DNA from: Ilumatobacteraceae bacterium | GTDB taxonomy: Bacteria; Actinomycetota; Acidimicrobiia; Acidimicrobiales; Ilumatobacteraceae | Length of the DNA stretch: 64,000 nt | NCBI GenBank assembly: GCA_018401375.1 | Contig: JAGYKR010000005.1 | Coordinates: 59,254-123,253, forward strand | Direction: 5' to 3' | Shown: piece after piece, positions 55,244-64,000 of the stretch | How the letters are laid out: the number at the start of each line of letters is the position of its first letter | How positions within the stretch are numbered: the first letter of the stretch is position 1 | Translations under genes and position numbers: made by a program | Notes under the pieces: generated by a model | What the model was told of the DNA's origin: nothing | The model's input: the letters and a program-made list of their open reading frames with translations, nothing else | Database searches by the model: none

Positions 55244-56803
55244 TTAACAGCGGGTGTTGGGGGTGGGGACGATGAGATTCACGAGGTACGCGCTGATCAC
55301 ATCGTTGATACAACGGTTCACGTTGTAACCGGTGTGTTGTTCAGCTTCGACGATCACCAGCACACCTTGTTCCAAGGTGGATGCCATCCGGCGGGTGCTC
55401 TCAAAGGGTGTGGATGGATCTCCGGTGGTACCCACCACCACGATCGGACCAGCACCATTACCGGTGATCGTTGCTCGCGGTTCGATGGAATCGGGGAAGA
55501 AACTACAAAACACCCCAACCGGTGAATCAGCGGGCACGAGCCGAGGGGCAGCGTCCACAAACAACTGCCGTTCGGATTCCAACTGGGAGATCGTTGGGCG
55601 TTCGCTCTGATCAGCACAGCGGATCGTTTGGAACGCTTCGAGTTCGTTACCCCAGGTCCCATCGGTGCGCCGTTGGTAATAACTGTCGTGGAGAGCGAGC
55701 AATCCTGCGCCGTCACCGTTGCGGGCCTGCACCAGCGCCTGCTCCAAAGCCGGCCATGACCGCTCGGAATACATGGCCATGATCACCGCATCGGTGGCGA
55801 TGGAGCGTCCCACCACCGGCCGGCCCCCCACGCTAGGCAGCGGCCTCACCGAGAGGTCGCGCATGAGTTGATCGAAAAACCCTTCGGCATCGCCGCCGTT
55901 ATGGAAGGCGCACGTGTTGTCGGCACTGCAGGCCGCTAGGAATCGCGTCACTGAAGCCTCAAAGCCGGTGATTTGTTGGAGCGATGACTGCACCCGATCG
56001 GCGTTCGGATCAGAGGCACCATCGAGCACGGCGGCGCGCACCGTCTCCGGAAACAGTGTGGCCCATGTGGCCCCGAGTTCGGAGCCGTAACTAAACCCGA
56101 AATAGCTGAGCTGTTCCTCTCCGAGGGCCTGGCGAATCGCATCGATGTCGCGGGCCGAGTTATTCGTGCCCACATGGGTGATGATCTGGGCGTTGTTGCG
56201 CCTACACGCCTGAGCGAACTCGAGCGATAGCGCGACCGCTGCGGATTCAGGATCCTCAGCGCTATCGAGAGCACCGAAGATCGAGTCGTAGTCATCTATG
56301 CAATCGATAGCCGGAGAGCTGATCCCGGTCCCGCGCGGGTCCCATCCAATGATGTCGAATCTTTCCACCAGCGCCGGCTCGTAGATCCGTGGTGCAGACA
56401 AGGCGAGATATGAGCCACCAAATCCAGGGCCACCCGGGTTGACCAACAATGCGCCGATCCGATTGGCCGGGTCTGTGGCGCGATGGCGAGCGAGATAGAT
56501 CTCAAAGCTGCCGGCCTCGGGATTTTCGTAATCGATCGGCACGGCCAGCACTGCGGTATCGGTTTGGGCGCCTGCTGACTCCCAGACGAGCGGGGCTGGC
56601 ACATAGCCCTGCTCGGCATCGATCTGGATTGGCGCCGCAGTGGGGACCGGGGCCACCGTGGTCGGTGGCGTCACCCCATTAACAGCGGGGCGATCCGGCG
56701 ATCCACCCGTCGCAGCACAGGCGCTGAGCACCACACTTACAGCGAGGATCGGCGCGAACCTCTGGGCTCGACGGTTGCGGCGATCGGTACGAGGGGCCCT
56801 CAT
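55244..56803 (-). CDS. secreted/lipoprotein alpha/beta hydrolase, tripeptidyl aminopeptidase (S33) type
   Basis: 519 aa. The lipobox is VLSACA, with NPGGPGFGG and the nucleophile elbow GFSYGS. Confidence 0.75.
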   Translation of the reverse strand: MRAPRTDRRNRRAQRFAPILAVSVVLSACAATGGSPDRPAVNGVTPPTTVAPVPTAAPIQIDAEQGYVPAPLVWESAGAQTDTAVLAVPIDYENPEAGSFEIYLARHRATDPANRIGALLVNPGGPGFGGSYLALSAPRIYEPALVERFDIIGWDPRGTGISSPAIDCIDDYDSIFGALDSAEDPESAAVALSLEFAQACRRNNAQIITHVGTNNSARDIDAIRQALGEEQLSYFGFSYGSELGATWATLFPETVRAAVLDGASDPNADRVQSSLQQITGFEASVTRFLAACSADNTCAFHNGGDAEGFFDQLMRDLSVRPLPSVGGRPVVGRSIATDAVIMAMYSERSWPALEQALVQARNGDGAGLLALHDSYYQRRTDGTWGNELEAFQTIRCADQSERPTISQLESERQLFVDAAPRLVPADSPVGVFCSFFPDSIEPRATITGNGAGPIVVVGTTGDPSTPFESTRRMASTLEQGVLVIVEAEQHTGYNVNRCINDVISAYLVNLIVPTPNTRC

Positions 56804-56862
56804 CGCTCCAAGGCTAAACCGCTCCCGGCGGGTTCAACCGGTTACCTCGTAGCCTTAGCAGG

Positions 56863-58773
56863 GTGCGGATGCCCCCTCATTCAATGATGCCCCGCGACAC
56901 CTCAGCTTTTGAGGGTTCCTCGGTCAGGTCAGGAACCACTCGTCGGGTGGGCACCTTCGCAAAGCCCTACCAGGGCACGATCATCGTGTTCCTCGCTGCG
57001 ATCCTCGTGGCTGCGCTCCTTGCGCTCGTACCACCGCTCGTCGTGCGGGCGATCCTCGACACGGCGATTCCCAATGCTGACCGTCGGCTGATCGCGATTC
57101 TGGCGGGGTTCGCTGTTCTCGCCGCACTTGGTGACGCCGGACTGCAGATCCTGCAGCGCTGGTGTAGCGCTCGCGTTGGTGAGGGCCTGATCGCTGATCT
57201 GCGGATCGCGCTATTCACCAAGGTGCAGCGCTTACCGGTTGCGTTTTTCACCCGCACTCCGACCGGGGCGATCACCAGCCGGTTAAACAACGATGTGGTC
57301 GGCGCTCAAACAGCGGTGACTTCCACTCTCGGCAGTGTGGTTTCCAACGTGGTGGTCCTCGTCACCACATTGATCGCAATGTTGGCACTCGAATGGCGTC
57401 TCACCTTGTTAGCCCTCGTGGTGCTGCCGGTGTTTGTGGTGCCGGCCCGGCGTGTCGGCCACCGCCTGCAGGCGATCTCGCGTCAACAGATGCATCACAA
57501 CGCTCAGATGAACACTCAGATGACCGAACGCTTCAACGTCTCGGGGGCGATCTTGGTCAAACTGTTCGGGAATCTCACCACCGAACGTGACAAGTTCTCG
57601 CATCGCGCCGGTGCGGTGCGTGATGCCGGGGTGAAGGCCGCGATGTTGGGGCGGATCTTTTTTGTGGCTCTCGGTCTCGTGGGTGCTGTTGGCGCTGCTG
57701 CGATCTACGGGATTGGCGCAATCTTCGTGGTTGACGGCGATATCACCTCGGGCACCTTGGTGGCGCTCGCTGCATTGGTGACCCGGGTGTACCAACCCCT
57801 CACCGGCCTGACCAACGCCCGGGTGGATCTGATGACCTCCATGGTCAGTTTTGAGCGGGTCTTTGAAGTGCTCGACGCCCCCGAGGTGATCACCGAACGG
57901 CCCGGTGCGGTGGATCTCAACGAGCCTCAGGGAGCGGTCAGTCTTGACCATGTCCGCTTTCGGTATCCACCAGCGGCCACCACGGCGATTGCGTCCATGG
58001 AGCAAAACGCTCTGTCTGAAGCAGATCCCGATCGCGATGTGCTCGACGACATCACCTTGGAGATCTCAGCCGGTGAGACCTTGGCTCTCGTCGGTGCCTC
58101 GGGAGCCGGCAAAAGCACCCTCGCCTCACTGATCCCTCGGCTCTATGACGTGACCGAGGGGACCATTCGGATCGATGGGATCGATGTCCGTGATCTGCGC
58201 CTCGATTCGCTACGCAGTGCAGTCGGTGTGGTCTCTCAGGACCCACATTTGTTCCATGAATCAATTGGCGACAACCTGCGCTACGCCCAGCCTGATGCAA
58301 CCCCCGAGGATCTGATTACAGCCTGTCGCGCCGCGCGTATCCACGAAACGATCGCGGCCCTCCCCGATGGCTATGACACCGTGGTCGGTGAGCGTGGTTA
58401 CCGCCTGAGCGGTGGCGAGAAACAACGTTTAGCGATCGCCCGGCTCCTACTTAAGAACCCGGCAGTGATGATTCTCGATGAGGCCACCAGCCATCTCGAT
58501 AACGAAAACGAGGCCCATGTCCAAGCCGCACTTGAAGCCGCTTTACATGGCCGTACGGCGATCATCATCGCCCATCGACTCTCCACGGTGCGCAGCGCCG
58601 ATCGCATCGCGGTCTTAGATCAGGGACGCATCGTTGAGGTGGGTACCCACGATGCACTGCTCGCAGCCGGCGGCATTTATGCGATGCAACTCCAGGCCGG
58701 CGAACTGCTCACCACATCACCGGAGCCCGGCGCAACCGGCTCGGTAAGTGCCGCGTCTAGTTTGGGTGCGTGA
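56863..58773 (+). CDS. ABC transporter, fused permease/ATP-binding exporter
   Basis: 636 aa. A 6-TM domain followed by an NBD with GASGAGKST, LSGGEKQRLAIAR and ILDEATSHLD. Confidence 0.9.
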   Translation: MRMPPHSMMPRDTSAFEGSSVRSGTTRRVGTFAKPYQGTIIVFLAAILVAALLALVPPLVVRAILDTAIPNADRRLIAILAGFAVLAALGDAGLQILQRWCSARVGEGLIADLRIALFTKVQRLPVAFFTRTPTGAITSRLNNDVVGAQTAVTSTLGSVVSNVVVLVTTLIAMLALEWRLTLLALVVLPVFVVPARRVGHRLQAISRQQMHHNAQMNTQMTERFNVSGAILVKLFGNLTTERDKFSHRAGAVRDAGVKAAMLGRIFFVALGLVGAVGAAAIYGIGAIFVVDGDITSGTLVALAALVTRVYQPLTGLTNARVDLMTSMVSFERVFEVLDAPEVITERPGAVDLNEPQGAVSLDHVRFRYPPAATTAIASMEQNALSEADPDRDVLDDITLEISAGETLALVGASGAGKSTLASLIPRLYDVTEGTIRIDGIDVRDLRLDSLRSAVGVVSQDPHLFHESIGDNLRYAQPDATPEDLITACRAARIHETIAALPDGYDTVVGERGYRLSGGEKQRLAIARLLLKNPAVMILDEATSHLDNENEAHVQAALEAALHGRTAIIIAHRLSTVRSADRIAVLDQGRIVEVGTHDALLAAGGIYAMQLQAGELLTTSPEPGATGSVSAASSLGA

Positions 58774-59948
58774 GCCAACGCAGCGATCGAGTCCCGGCCT
58801 TTCACGCAATGGCGATGAGTCGCCTCGCATCCGAACGTGAACTTGCCGGCCAACCTGTACTGCACCTCGAAGTGGGTCAGCCCTCAACGGGTGCGCCTGC
58901 TCTGGCTCGCACTGCAGTGTCGGAAGCTCTCAGCAGACCAGACCACACCCTCGGATACACCGGGGCCACCGGGCTTTATTCGCTGCGGCGCCGGATCGCC
59001 GAGCAGTACCTCAGCGATCATCGGGTGAATGTGGATCCCGAACAGATCACAATCGTTTCTGGGGCTTCGGCCGGGTTCACTCTGGCCTTCCTCGCCGCGT
59101 TTGAGCCCGGGGCGCGAGTGGGCGTCTTAGAGCCCGGCTACCCCTGTTATCGCAACACCTTGTGGGCTCTTGATATGGAACCGGTCATGATCCCGGTCGG
59201 ATCAGACACCCGCTGGGCCCCCACTCCCGAGATCCTCGATCGCGCCGCACACGAGCACGGTGCGCTCGATGGCCTGATCATTGCGTCGCCTTCTAATCCC
59301 ACCGGCACGGTGCTCAGTGCCGCAGCGCTCACCGAGATTGCCACCTACTGCACGGCGCGGGGGATCCGTTTGATCGCTGATGAGATCTATCACGGGATCA
59401 CCTACACCGGGCCCGCTCCAAGTGCAGTGGGATTGTCACCGGATGCGATCGTGATCAACAGTTTCTCTAAGTACTACTCGATGACCGGATGGCGGGTCGG
59501 ATGGATGGTCACCCCGCCGGATCTGGTGGCCGCCGTGGAACGCCTCCAACAAAATCTCTACATCTGCGCCCCTCATGTTTCTCAGGTGGCAGCGCTCGCT
59601 GCGATGGATGCCCGCGCTGAACTCGACACCCATCTCGTTCGCTACCGCGAAAACCGTGAGATTCTGCTCGATGGGTTGGCGCAGGCCGGGATCACCAAGG
59701 TGGCCGATGCCGACGGTGCGTTCTATGTCTACGCCGATGTGCGTCACCTCACCACCGAACGTGCCTCCGGACCGATCGATGCGATGGGCTTATGTCTGTA
59801 TTGGCTCGACACCATCGGTGTGGCCTGCACCCCTGGGGTGGATTTTGATCTTCAGCGCGGTGACCATCATGTGCGATTCTCCTACGCCGGCCCCACCGCT
59901 GAGATCTCTGAAGCAGCGAGCCGCCTGACACACTGGGCCACATCATGA
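58770..59948 (+). CDS. PLP-dependent aminotransferase (class I/II)
   Basis: 392 aa. NSFSKYYSMTGWRVGW holds the PLP lysine, with ASPSNPTG. Confidence 0.85.
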   Translation: MSQRSDRVPAFHAMAMSRLASERELAGQPVLHLEVGQPSTGAPALARTAVSEALSRPDHTLGYTGATGLYSLRRRIAEQYLSDHRVNVDPEQITIVSGASAGFTLAFLAAFEPGARVGVLEPGYPCYRNTLWALDMEPVMIPVGSDTRWAPTPEILDRAAHEHGALDGLIIASPSNPTGTVLSAAALTEIATYCTARGIRLIADEIYHGITYTGPAPSAVGLSPDAIVINSFSKYYSMTGWRVGWMVTPPDLVAAVERLQQNLYICAPHVSQVAALAAMDARAELDTHLVRYRENREILLDGLAQAGITKVADADGAFYVYADVRHLTTERASGPIDAMGLCLYWLDTIGVACTPGVDFDLQRGDHHVRFSYAGPTAEISEAASRLTHWATS

Positions 59949-61081
59949 CCGGATCTGATGCACCCGAGACCAGACTGCCTTTGGCAGATCTCAAAGTGGT
60001 AGACCTGTCCAGCGTCCTCGCAGGGCCGAACTGCGCTCGCTATCTCGCTGATTTTGGCGCTGACGTGATCAAGGTGGAGCGTCCCGGTGGGGACAGTCTG
60101 CGACGCATGGCCTGGCGTGACCCGCGTGATGATGAGGGCTTGTGGTGGAAGCTCGTCAACCGCAATAAGCGTTGCGTGGTGCTTGATCTCAAAGATCCCG
60201 CCGATCTTGATCTGTTGCGCGACCTGCTCGCCGAAGCTGACGTACTCGTCGAGAATCTGCGTCCAGGTGGCCTCGAGAAACTCGGCCTCAGCCCGGCCAG
60301 TTTGCATGCCCGCAACCCTTCGCTTGTGATCACCCGCATCTCCGGGTTCGGTCAGGTGGGCCCGTATGCGGCGCGACCCGGCTTTGCGACAGTGGCGGAA
60401 GGGATGTCAGGTTTCGCTGCCCTCAATGGTGATCCTGACGGCCCGCCGCTTCCGCCACCGATCGCGCTCACCGATGAGGTGACCGGTCTCGCCGCCGCGT
60501 TTGCGACGATGGTCGCGCTGCGATCGGGTGTGGGACAAGAAGTAGACGTCAATCTCTTGGATGCGATGTTGCAGATCATGGGCCCGCTGCTGAGCGTGTA
60601 CGCGGTCACCGGTGAACAACAACCCCGTCTCGGCGCCGGCCTGCCCTACACCGTGCCGCGAGGTACCTATCGCTGTAGCGATGGCGGCTGGGTGGCGATC
60701 TCCACGAGCAGTGACAATGTGGCGGCCCGCGTGATGACCCTGCTCGGGGTTGGTGATGATGAGCGCTACACGAGCTTTGGAGGCCGAGCCGCTCATCGCG
60801 AGGAACTCGAAGCGGTCATGGCCGCCTGGTGCGCTAGCCGCACCCGTGATCAGGTGGTGGCCGAAATGGGGGCGATTGAGGCTGCCGTTGGACCGGTGCT
60901 CGATATGGCCGAAATCGCCATCGATCCCCACATTGTGGCTCGCGGCACGATCACCACCGTCGGTGACACACCAATGCAGTCATTGATCGCCCAACTCTCC
61001 GCCACGCCTGGTCTATTGCGTCATCCCGGCCGCACCCTTGACGCCGACGGAGAACAGATCCGCGATAAGGGTTGGAGTTGA
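59945..61081 (+). CDS. family III CoA-transferase (CaiB/BaiF)
   Basis: 378 aa. Contains LKVVDLSSVLAGPNCARYLADFGADVIKVERP and VLVENLRPG. Confidence 0.85.
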   Translation: MTGSDAPETRLPLADLKVVDLSSVLAGPNCARYLADFGADVIKVERPGGDSLRRMAWRDPRDDEGLWWKLVNRNKRCVVLDLKDPADLDLLRDLLAEADVLVENLRPGGLEKLGLSPASLHARNPSLVITRISGFGQVGPYAARPGFATVAEGMSGFAALNGDPDGPPLPPPIALTDEVTGLAAAFATMVALRSGVGQEVDVNLLDAMLQIMGPLLSVYAVTGEQQPRLGAGLPYTVPRGTYRCSDGGWVAISTSSDNVAARVMTLLGVGDDERYTSFGGRAAHREELEAVMAAWCASRTRDQVVAEMGAIEAAVGPVLDMAEIAIDPHIVARGTITTVGDTPMQSLIAQLSATPGLLRHPGRTLDADGEQIRDKGWS

Positions 61082-61108
61082 CCACCATCACGCTGCGGGC
61101 CTGAGGAG

Positions 61109-62092
61109 TCACACAGGGTCAGGGCGCAGGCGGACCAGTACCTTGCCCACTGCTTGGCGGGTGTCGAGCAGTCGGTAGGCCTCAGCGGCCTGTTCAAAAT
61201 CAAGGATCTGGCCGATTGGCGGCCGGATATAACCGGTTGCGATCTGTTCCAGTAGCTCCGAGTGGATCTGCAACGCGAGAGGTGGATCCATGGCGATCGC
61301 TTCACCCCAAGCCGCGCCGATGATGCTGACGTTGCGCAACAACAACCGATTCACTTTGATGCTCGGGATCTCACCGGCGGCGAAACCCACCACCACGAGA
61401 CGCCCGAAGCGGGCCAAGGCACGCACCCCGTCTAAGAATCGGTCACCACCCACCGGGTCATAGGTCATATCCACTCCGCGTCCGCCGGTGAGCGCAATCA
61501 CTTGGTCCTTCCAGTCATCGGCGATGATCACTACCTCATCGGCTCCGGCATCGCGGGCTACCGCCGCCTTGTCTTCACTTGAGACCAGGCCGATCACCAG
61601 TGATGCCCCGACCGCTTTCGCGACTTGGATCGCAGAGGTCCCAACCCCACCGGATGCACCGAGGATCAGAATCGATTCACCGGCGCGGAACCCTCCGCGA
61701 TGCACCATACAAAACTGCGCCGTTTGATAGTTCAGAACAAAGGCTGCTCCCTCTTCAAAGCTGAACTCATCAGGCAACAAAAACACGTTCTCCGGAGCGG
61801 CGGCTGCGACATCGGCCAGACATCCACGGCTCCACACCGCGACCCGGTCCCCGGGAGCCACACCTGCGCCGGCCGGGGCCGAACGCACCACACCGGCGGC
61901 CTCAAATCCGGGTCGAAACGGCGGGTCCGGACGTAGCTGGTACATCCCTTTGGATTGCAAGAGATCGGGGAACGACACCCCGGCACAGACCACATCAACG
62001 ATCACCTGACGGCCATCATCGGTGGGTTCGGGGGCATCCACCACCGCCACTCCATCGGGGCCGGTCAAAGACTGAATCTCAAGCGCACGCAT
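61109..62092 (-). CDS. NADPH:quinone oxidoreductase / zinc-type alcohol dehydrogenase-like (MDR)
   Basis: 327 aa. Contains ILILGASGGVGTSAIQVAK and AGVSFPD. Confidence 0.85.
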   Translation of the reverse strand: MRALEIQSLTGPDGVAVVDAPEPTDDGRQVIVDVVCAGVSFPDLLQSKGMYQLRPDPPFRPGFEAAGVVRSAPAGAGVAPGDRVAVWSRGCLADVAAAAPENVFLLPDEFSFEEGAAFVLNYQTAQFCMVHRGGFRAGESILILGASGGVGTSAIQVAKAVGASLVIGLVSSEDKAAVARDAGADEVVIIADDWKDQVIALTGGRGVDMTYDPVGGDRFLDGVRALARFGRLVVVGFAAGEIPSIKVNRLLLRNVSIIGAAWGEAIAMDPPLALQIHSELLEQIATGYIRPPIGQILDFEQAAEAYRLLDTRQAVGKVLVRLRPDPV

Positions 62093-62154
62093 GTGCCCAG
62101 ATTGTCACATCGCACCCGATCACCACGGGGCGCAGTGGTGTTCGTCTGCTCGAT

Positions 62155-62802
62155 CTACGAAACCAGCCCCACCGGACATGTCACGCCGGTGCCGCCGATC
62201 CCGCAATAGCCGTTGGGGTTTTTCCCGAGGTACTGCTGGTGGTACGGCTCGGCGTAATACAACGCACCGGCCGGTGTGATTTCGGTGGTGATCTCTGCGA
62301 AGCCAGCAGCGCTGAGGCGGGTCTGGAACAGCTCGCGTGTGGCGATCGCAACATCAAACTGCGCGTCCGTGGTGGTGTAAATCGCGCTGCGGTATTGGGT
62401 GCCCACATCGTTACCTTGACGCATCCCTTGGGTGGGATCGTGGCCCTCCCAAAACACCGCCAGGATTTGCTCGGAAGAAATCACCGTCGGGTCATAGACC
62501 ACACCAACGATCTCGGTGTGTCCGGTCTGGCCAGAGCAGACCTCTTCATAGGTGGGGTTGGGTGTAAAGCCACCGGCGTATCCGACAAAGGTGGTGAAGA
62601 CCCCCGGGATCTGCCAGAACATGCGCTCAGCACCCCAGAAACATCCCATCCCGACGTAGATCACCTCGGAGCCTTCTGGCCACGGCCCGGTGAGCGGTTG
62701 GCCGTTCACGTAGTGCTGATCGGGCACCGTCATCACCGCATCGGTGCGGCCCGGCAAGGCTGTTGACTCGTCCACCATCTGCACTGACTTTTGGAACCAC
62801 AT
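62155..62802 (-). CDS. msrA: peptide-methionine (S)-S-oxide reductase
   Basis: Trimmed to [19 protein letters not shown] is the active site, with GYAGG and HDPTQ. Confidence 0.9.
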   Translation of the reverse strand: MWFQKSVQMVDESTALPGRTDAVMTVPDQHYVNGQPLTGPWPEGSEVIYVGMGCFWGAERMFWQIPGVFTTFVGYAGGFTPNPTYEEVCSGQTGHTEIVGVVYDPTVISSEQILAVFWEGHDPTQGMRQGNDVGTQYRSAIYTTTDAQFDVAIATRELFQTRLSAAGFAEITTEITPAGALYYAEPYHQQYLGKNPNGYCGIGGTGVTCPVGLVS

Positions 62803-62827
62803 GTCCCAAGCGTAGGTGAGATCGCGC

Positions 62828-63661
62828 TTACTTGAGGAGCAGTGCTCGCAAACGTCGAGAGGTGATCCCAAGACCGATCATCGCGATCCCGAGCAGCACC
62901 GCGATGTGGCCGATCGCTGACCAGGACCACTGGTTAAAGGCTGCCATCCGCACCAGCACCACCCCGTGATAGAGCGGGGAGATCTGCACCGCCCAGGCCC
63001 AGGATCCGTATTGGGATACCGGGAAGAAGGTGGCCGAAAACAACAGCAATGGCACCTGAACCGCCGGGATGTAATCAAAGTCTGACCAGCTCCGTAGGAA
63101 GGTGGTCACCGCCATTCCCAAAGAGGCGAATGCGAAACCGATCAGCACGCAGATTGGCACGGCGAGCACAATCCACAACGAACTCGTTAACCCGAGCGCC
63201 CACATCACCACCACAAAGGCTGTGGAGTACAACGCCCCGCGCAGCATCGCCCATGAGATCTCCCCGAGCGCCACATCGGCGACGCCCATTGGGGTGGCGA
63301 GCACCGAGTCATACAGCCGGGCGTGAACCAGCTTGTAATAGACGTTCGCTGTGGAATCAAAGATCGCCCCGTTCATCGCGGCCGCCGCCATCAACGCCGG
63401 TGCCACAAACTCTGCGTAGCCAATCACCTGCCCATCAAAGTTCAGATCACCGATCAATGCGGCGAAACCGATCCGTACCGACATCAAGTAGACGAACGGC
63501 TCCACGAACCCTGATAACAGCACCATCCAACTGCGTCGATACACCATGGCGCTGCGTTCCACCATGCGTTGGGGCCGGCGTACTCGTAACAGTTCGGTAG
63601 GCCACAATGAGGCCGGGATAATCCTGAGCAGTCCGCCCACACTCCTGTTAATCGTCGTCAC
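62828..63661 (-). CDS. ABC-2 type transporter permease
   Basis: A polytopic membrane protein. The GTG at 63661 overlaps the TGA of the upstream permease (GTGA). [19 protein letters not shown] is typical of ABC-2/NodJ-like proteins. Confidence 0.7.
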   Translation of the reverse strand: MTTINRSVGGLLRIIPASLWPTELLRVRRPQRMVERSAMVYRRSWMVLLSGFVEPFVYLMSVRIGFAALIGDLNFDGQVIGYAEFVAPALMAAAAMNGAIFDSTANVYYKLVHARLYDSVLATPMGVADVALGEISWAMLRGALYSTAFVVVMWALGLTSSLWIVLAVPICVLIGFAFASLGMAVTTFLRSWSDFDYIPAVQVPLLLFSATFFPVSQYGSWAWAVQISPLYHGVVLVRMAAFNQWSWSAIGHIAVLLGIAMIGLGITSRRLRALLLK

Positions 63662-64000
63662 GGTGTCAGCCTGCGGGTGAAGGTCTGCGTGCATGCGAGG
63701 AATCCGATGCCCACCCAAACGAGCAGGATCGCAATGTGGATGGCTGCCATTGCCGGGTCAAGACCGCCGATCACCGCACCGCGTGAAAGTTCCACCCCAT
63801 GCCATAACGGCACCGCCCAGACGATGAGCGGGATCGGGTCAGGGAGTTGATCCACCGGAAAGAACACCCCGGCGAAAAGAAACATCGGCAGGATAAAGAA
63901 TCTCAGGATCACCGGGAACGAGGTATCTGATTCTCGGGTGGCGGTCCATGCGCTGATCGCAAGGCCGTAGGCGAGACCGGTCACGATCCCTGCCGGGATT
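63658..64000 (-). CDS. ABC-2 type transporter permease, C-terminal part (5' end outside the window)
   Basis: A hydrophobic ORF that stays open to the window edge. It is a tandem paralog of the downstream permease. Confidence 0.6.
   Translation of the reverse strand, partial: IPAGIVTGLAYGLAISAWTATRESDTSFPVILRFFILPMFLFAGVFFPVDQLPDPIPLIVWAVPLWHGVELSRGAVIGGLDPAMAAIHIAILLVWVGIGFLACTQTFTRRLTP

Overview
64 kb of high-GC actinobacterial chromosome. The actinobacterial assignment rests on mshA (mycothiol), rex-hemA synteny, an AccE-type epsilon subunit and tadA followed by tRNA-Ser. A finer placement cannot be made from sequence alone. Coding density is about 90 percent and most genes are housekeeping or central metabolism. 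I call about 65 CDS and 2 tRNA-Ser genes. I see no rRNA, CRISPR array, transposase, integrase or recognisable defence genes. Main blocks: (1) hemA-rex, proC, and an operon of an RsiG-like gene, mshA and a ybjN-like gene. (2) A 7-gene Mrp/Mnh cation:proton antiporter operon (8.4-14.6 kb). (3) Ethylmalonyl-CoA pathway genes in several places (hbd, ecm, pccB+epsilon, thiolase, ccr, epimerase). (4) A carotenoid island (21.2-30.2 kb): crtE-crtI-crtB-cruF-crtD-GT2 plus crtZ, a CrtA-like gene and a PlsY-family gene. (5) xseAB, dnaX-recR. (6) A HAD-TM-GH18 fusion next to a NarL-class two-component pair and nucleotide-sugar genes. (7) A minimal pilB-pilC-pilin cluster. (8) A frame-disrupted 5'-3' exonuclease, then tRNA-Ser, thioesterase, tadA, tRNA-Ser. 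(9) Peptidase, ABC exporter, aminotransferase, CoA-transferase, msrA and ABC-2 permeases. The observations most worth a second look: a 226-aa protein carrying two copies of the RsiG c-di-GMP-binding signature and translationally coupled to mshA, in the same window as an orphan type IV pilus-like cluster; the carotenoid glycoside-type island with an embedded PlsY-family gene and no cyclase; the HAD-GH18 fusion with a basic pentapeptide-repeat linker; and several short tandem repeats and palindromes at gene junctions. All functional calls come from reading the supplied translations and my own motif recognition. No database search was run.
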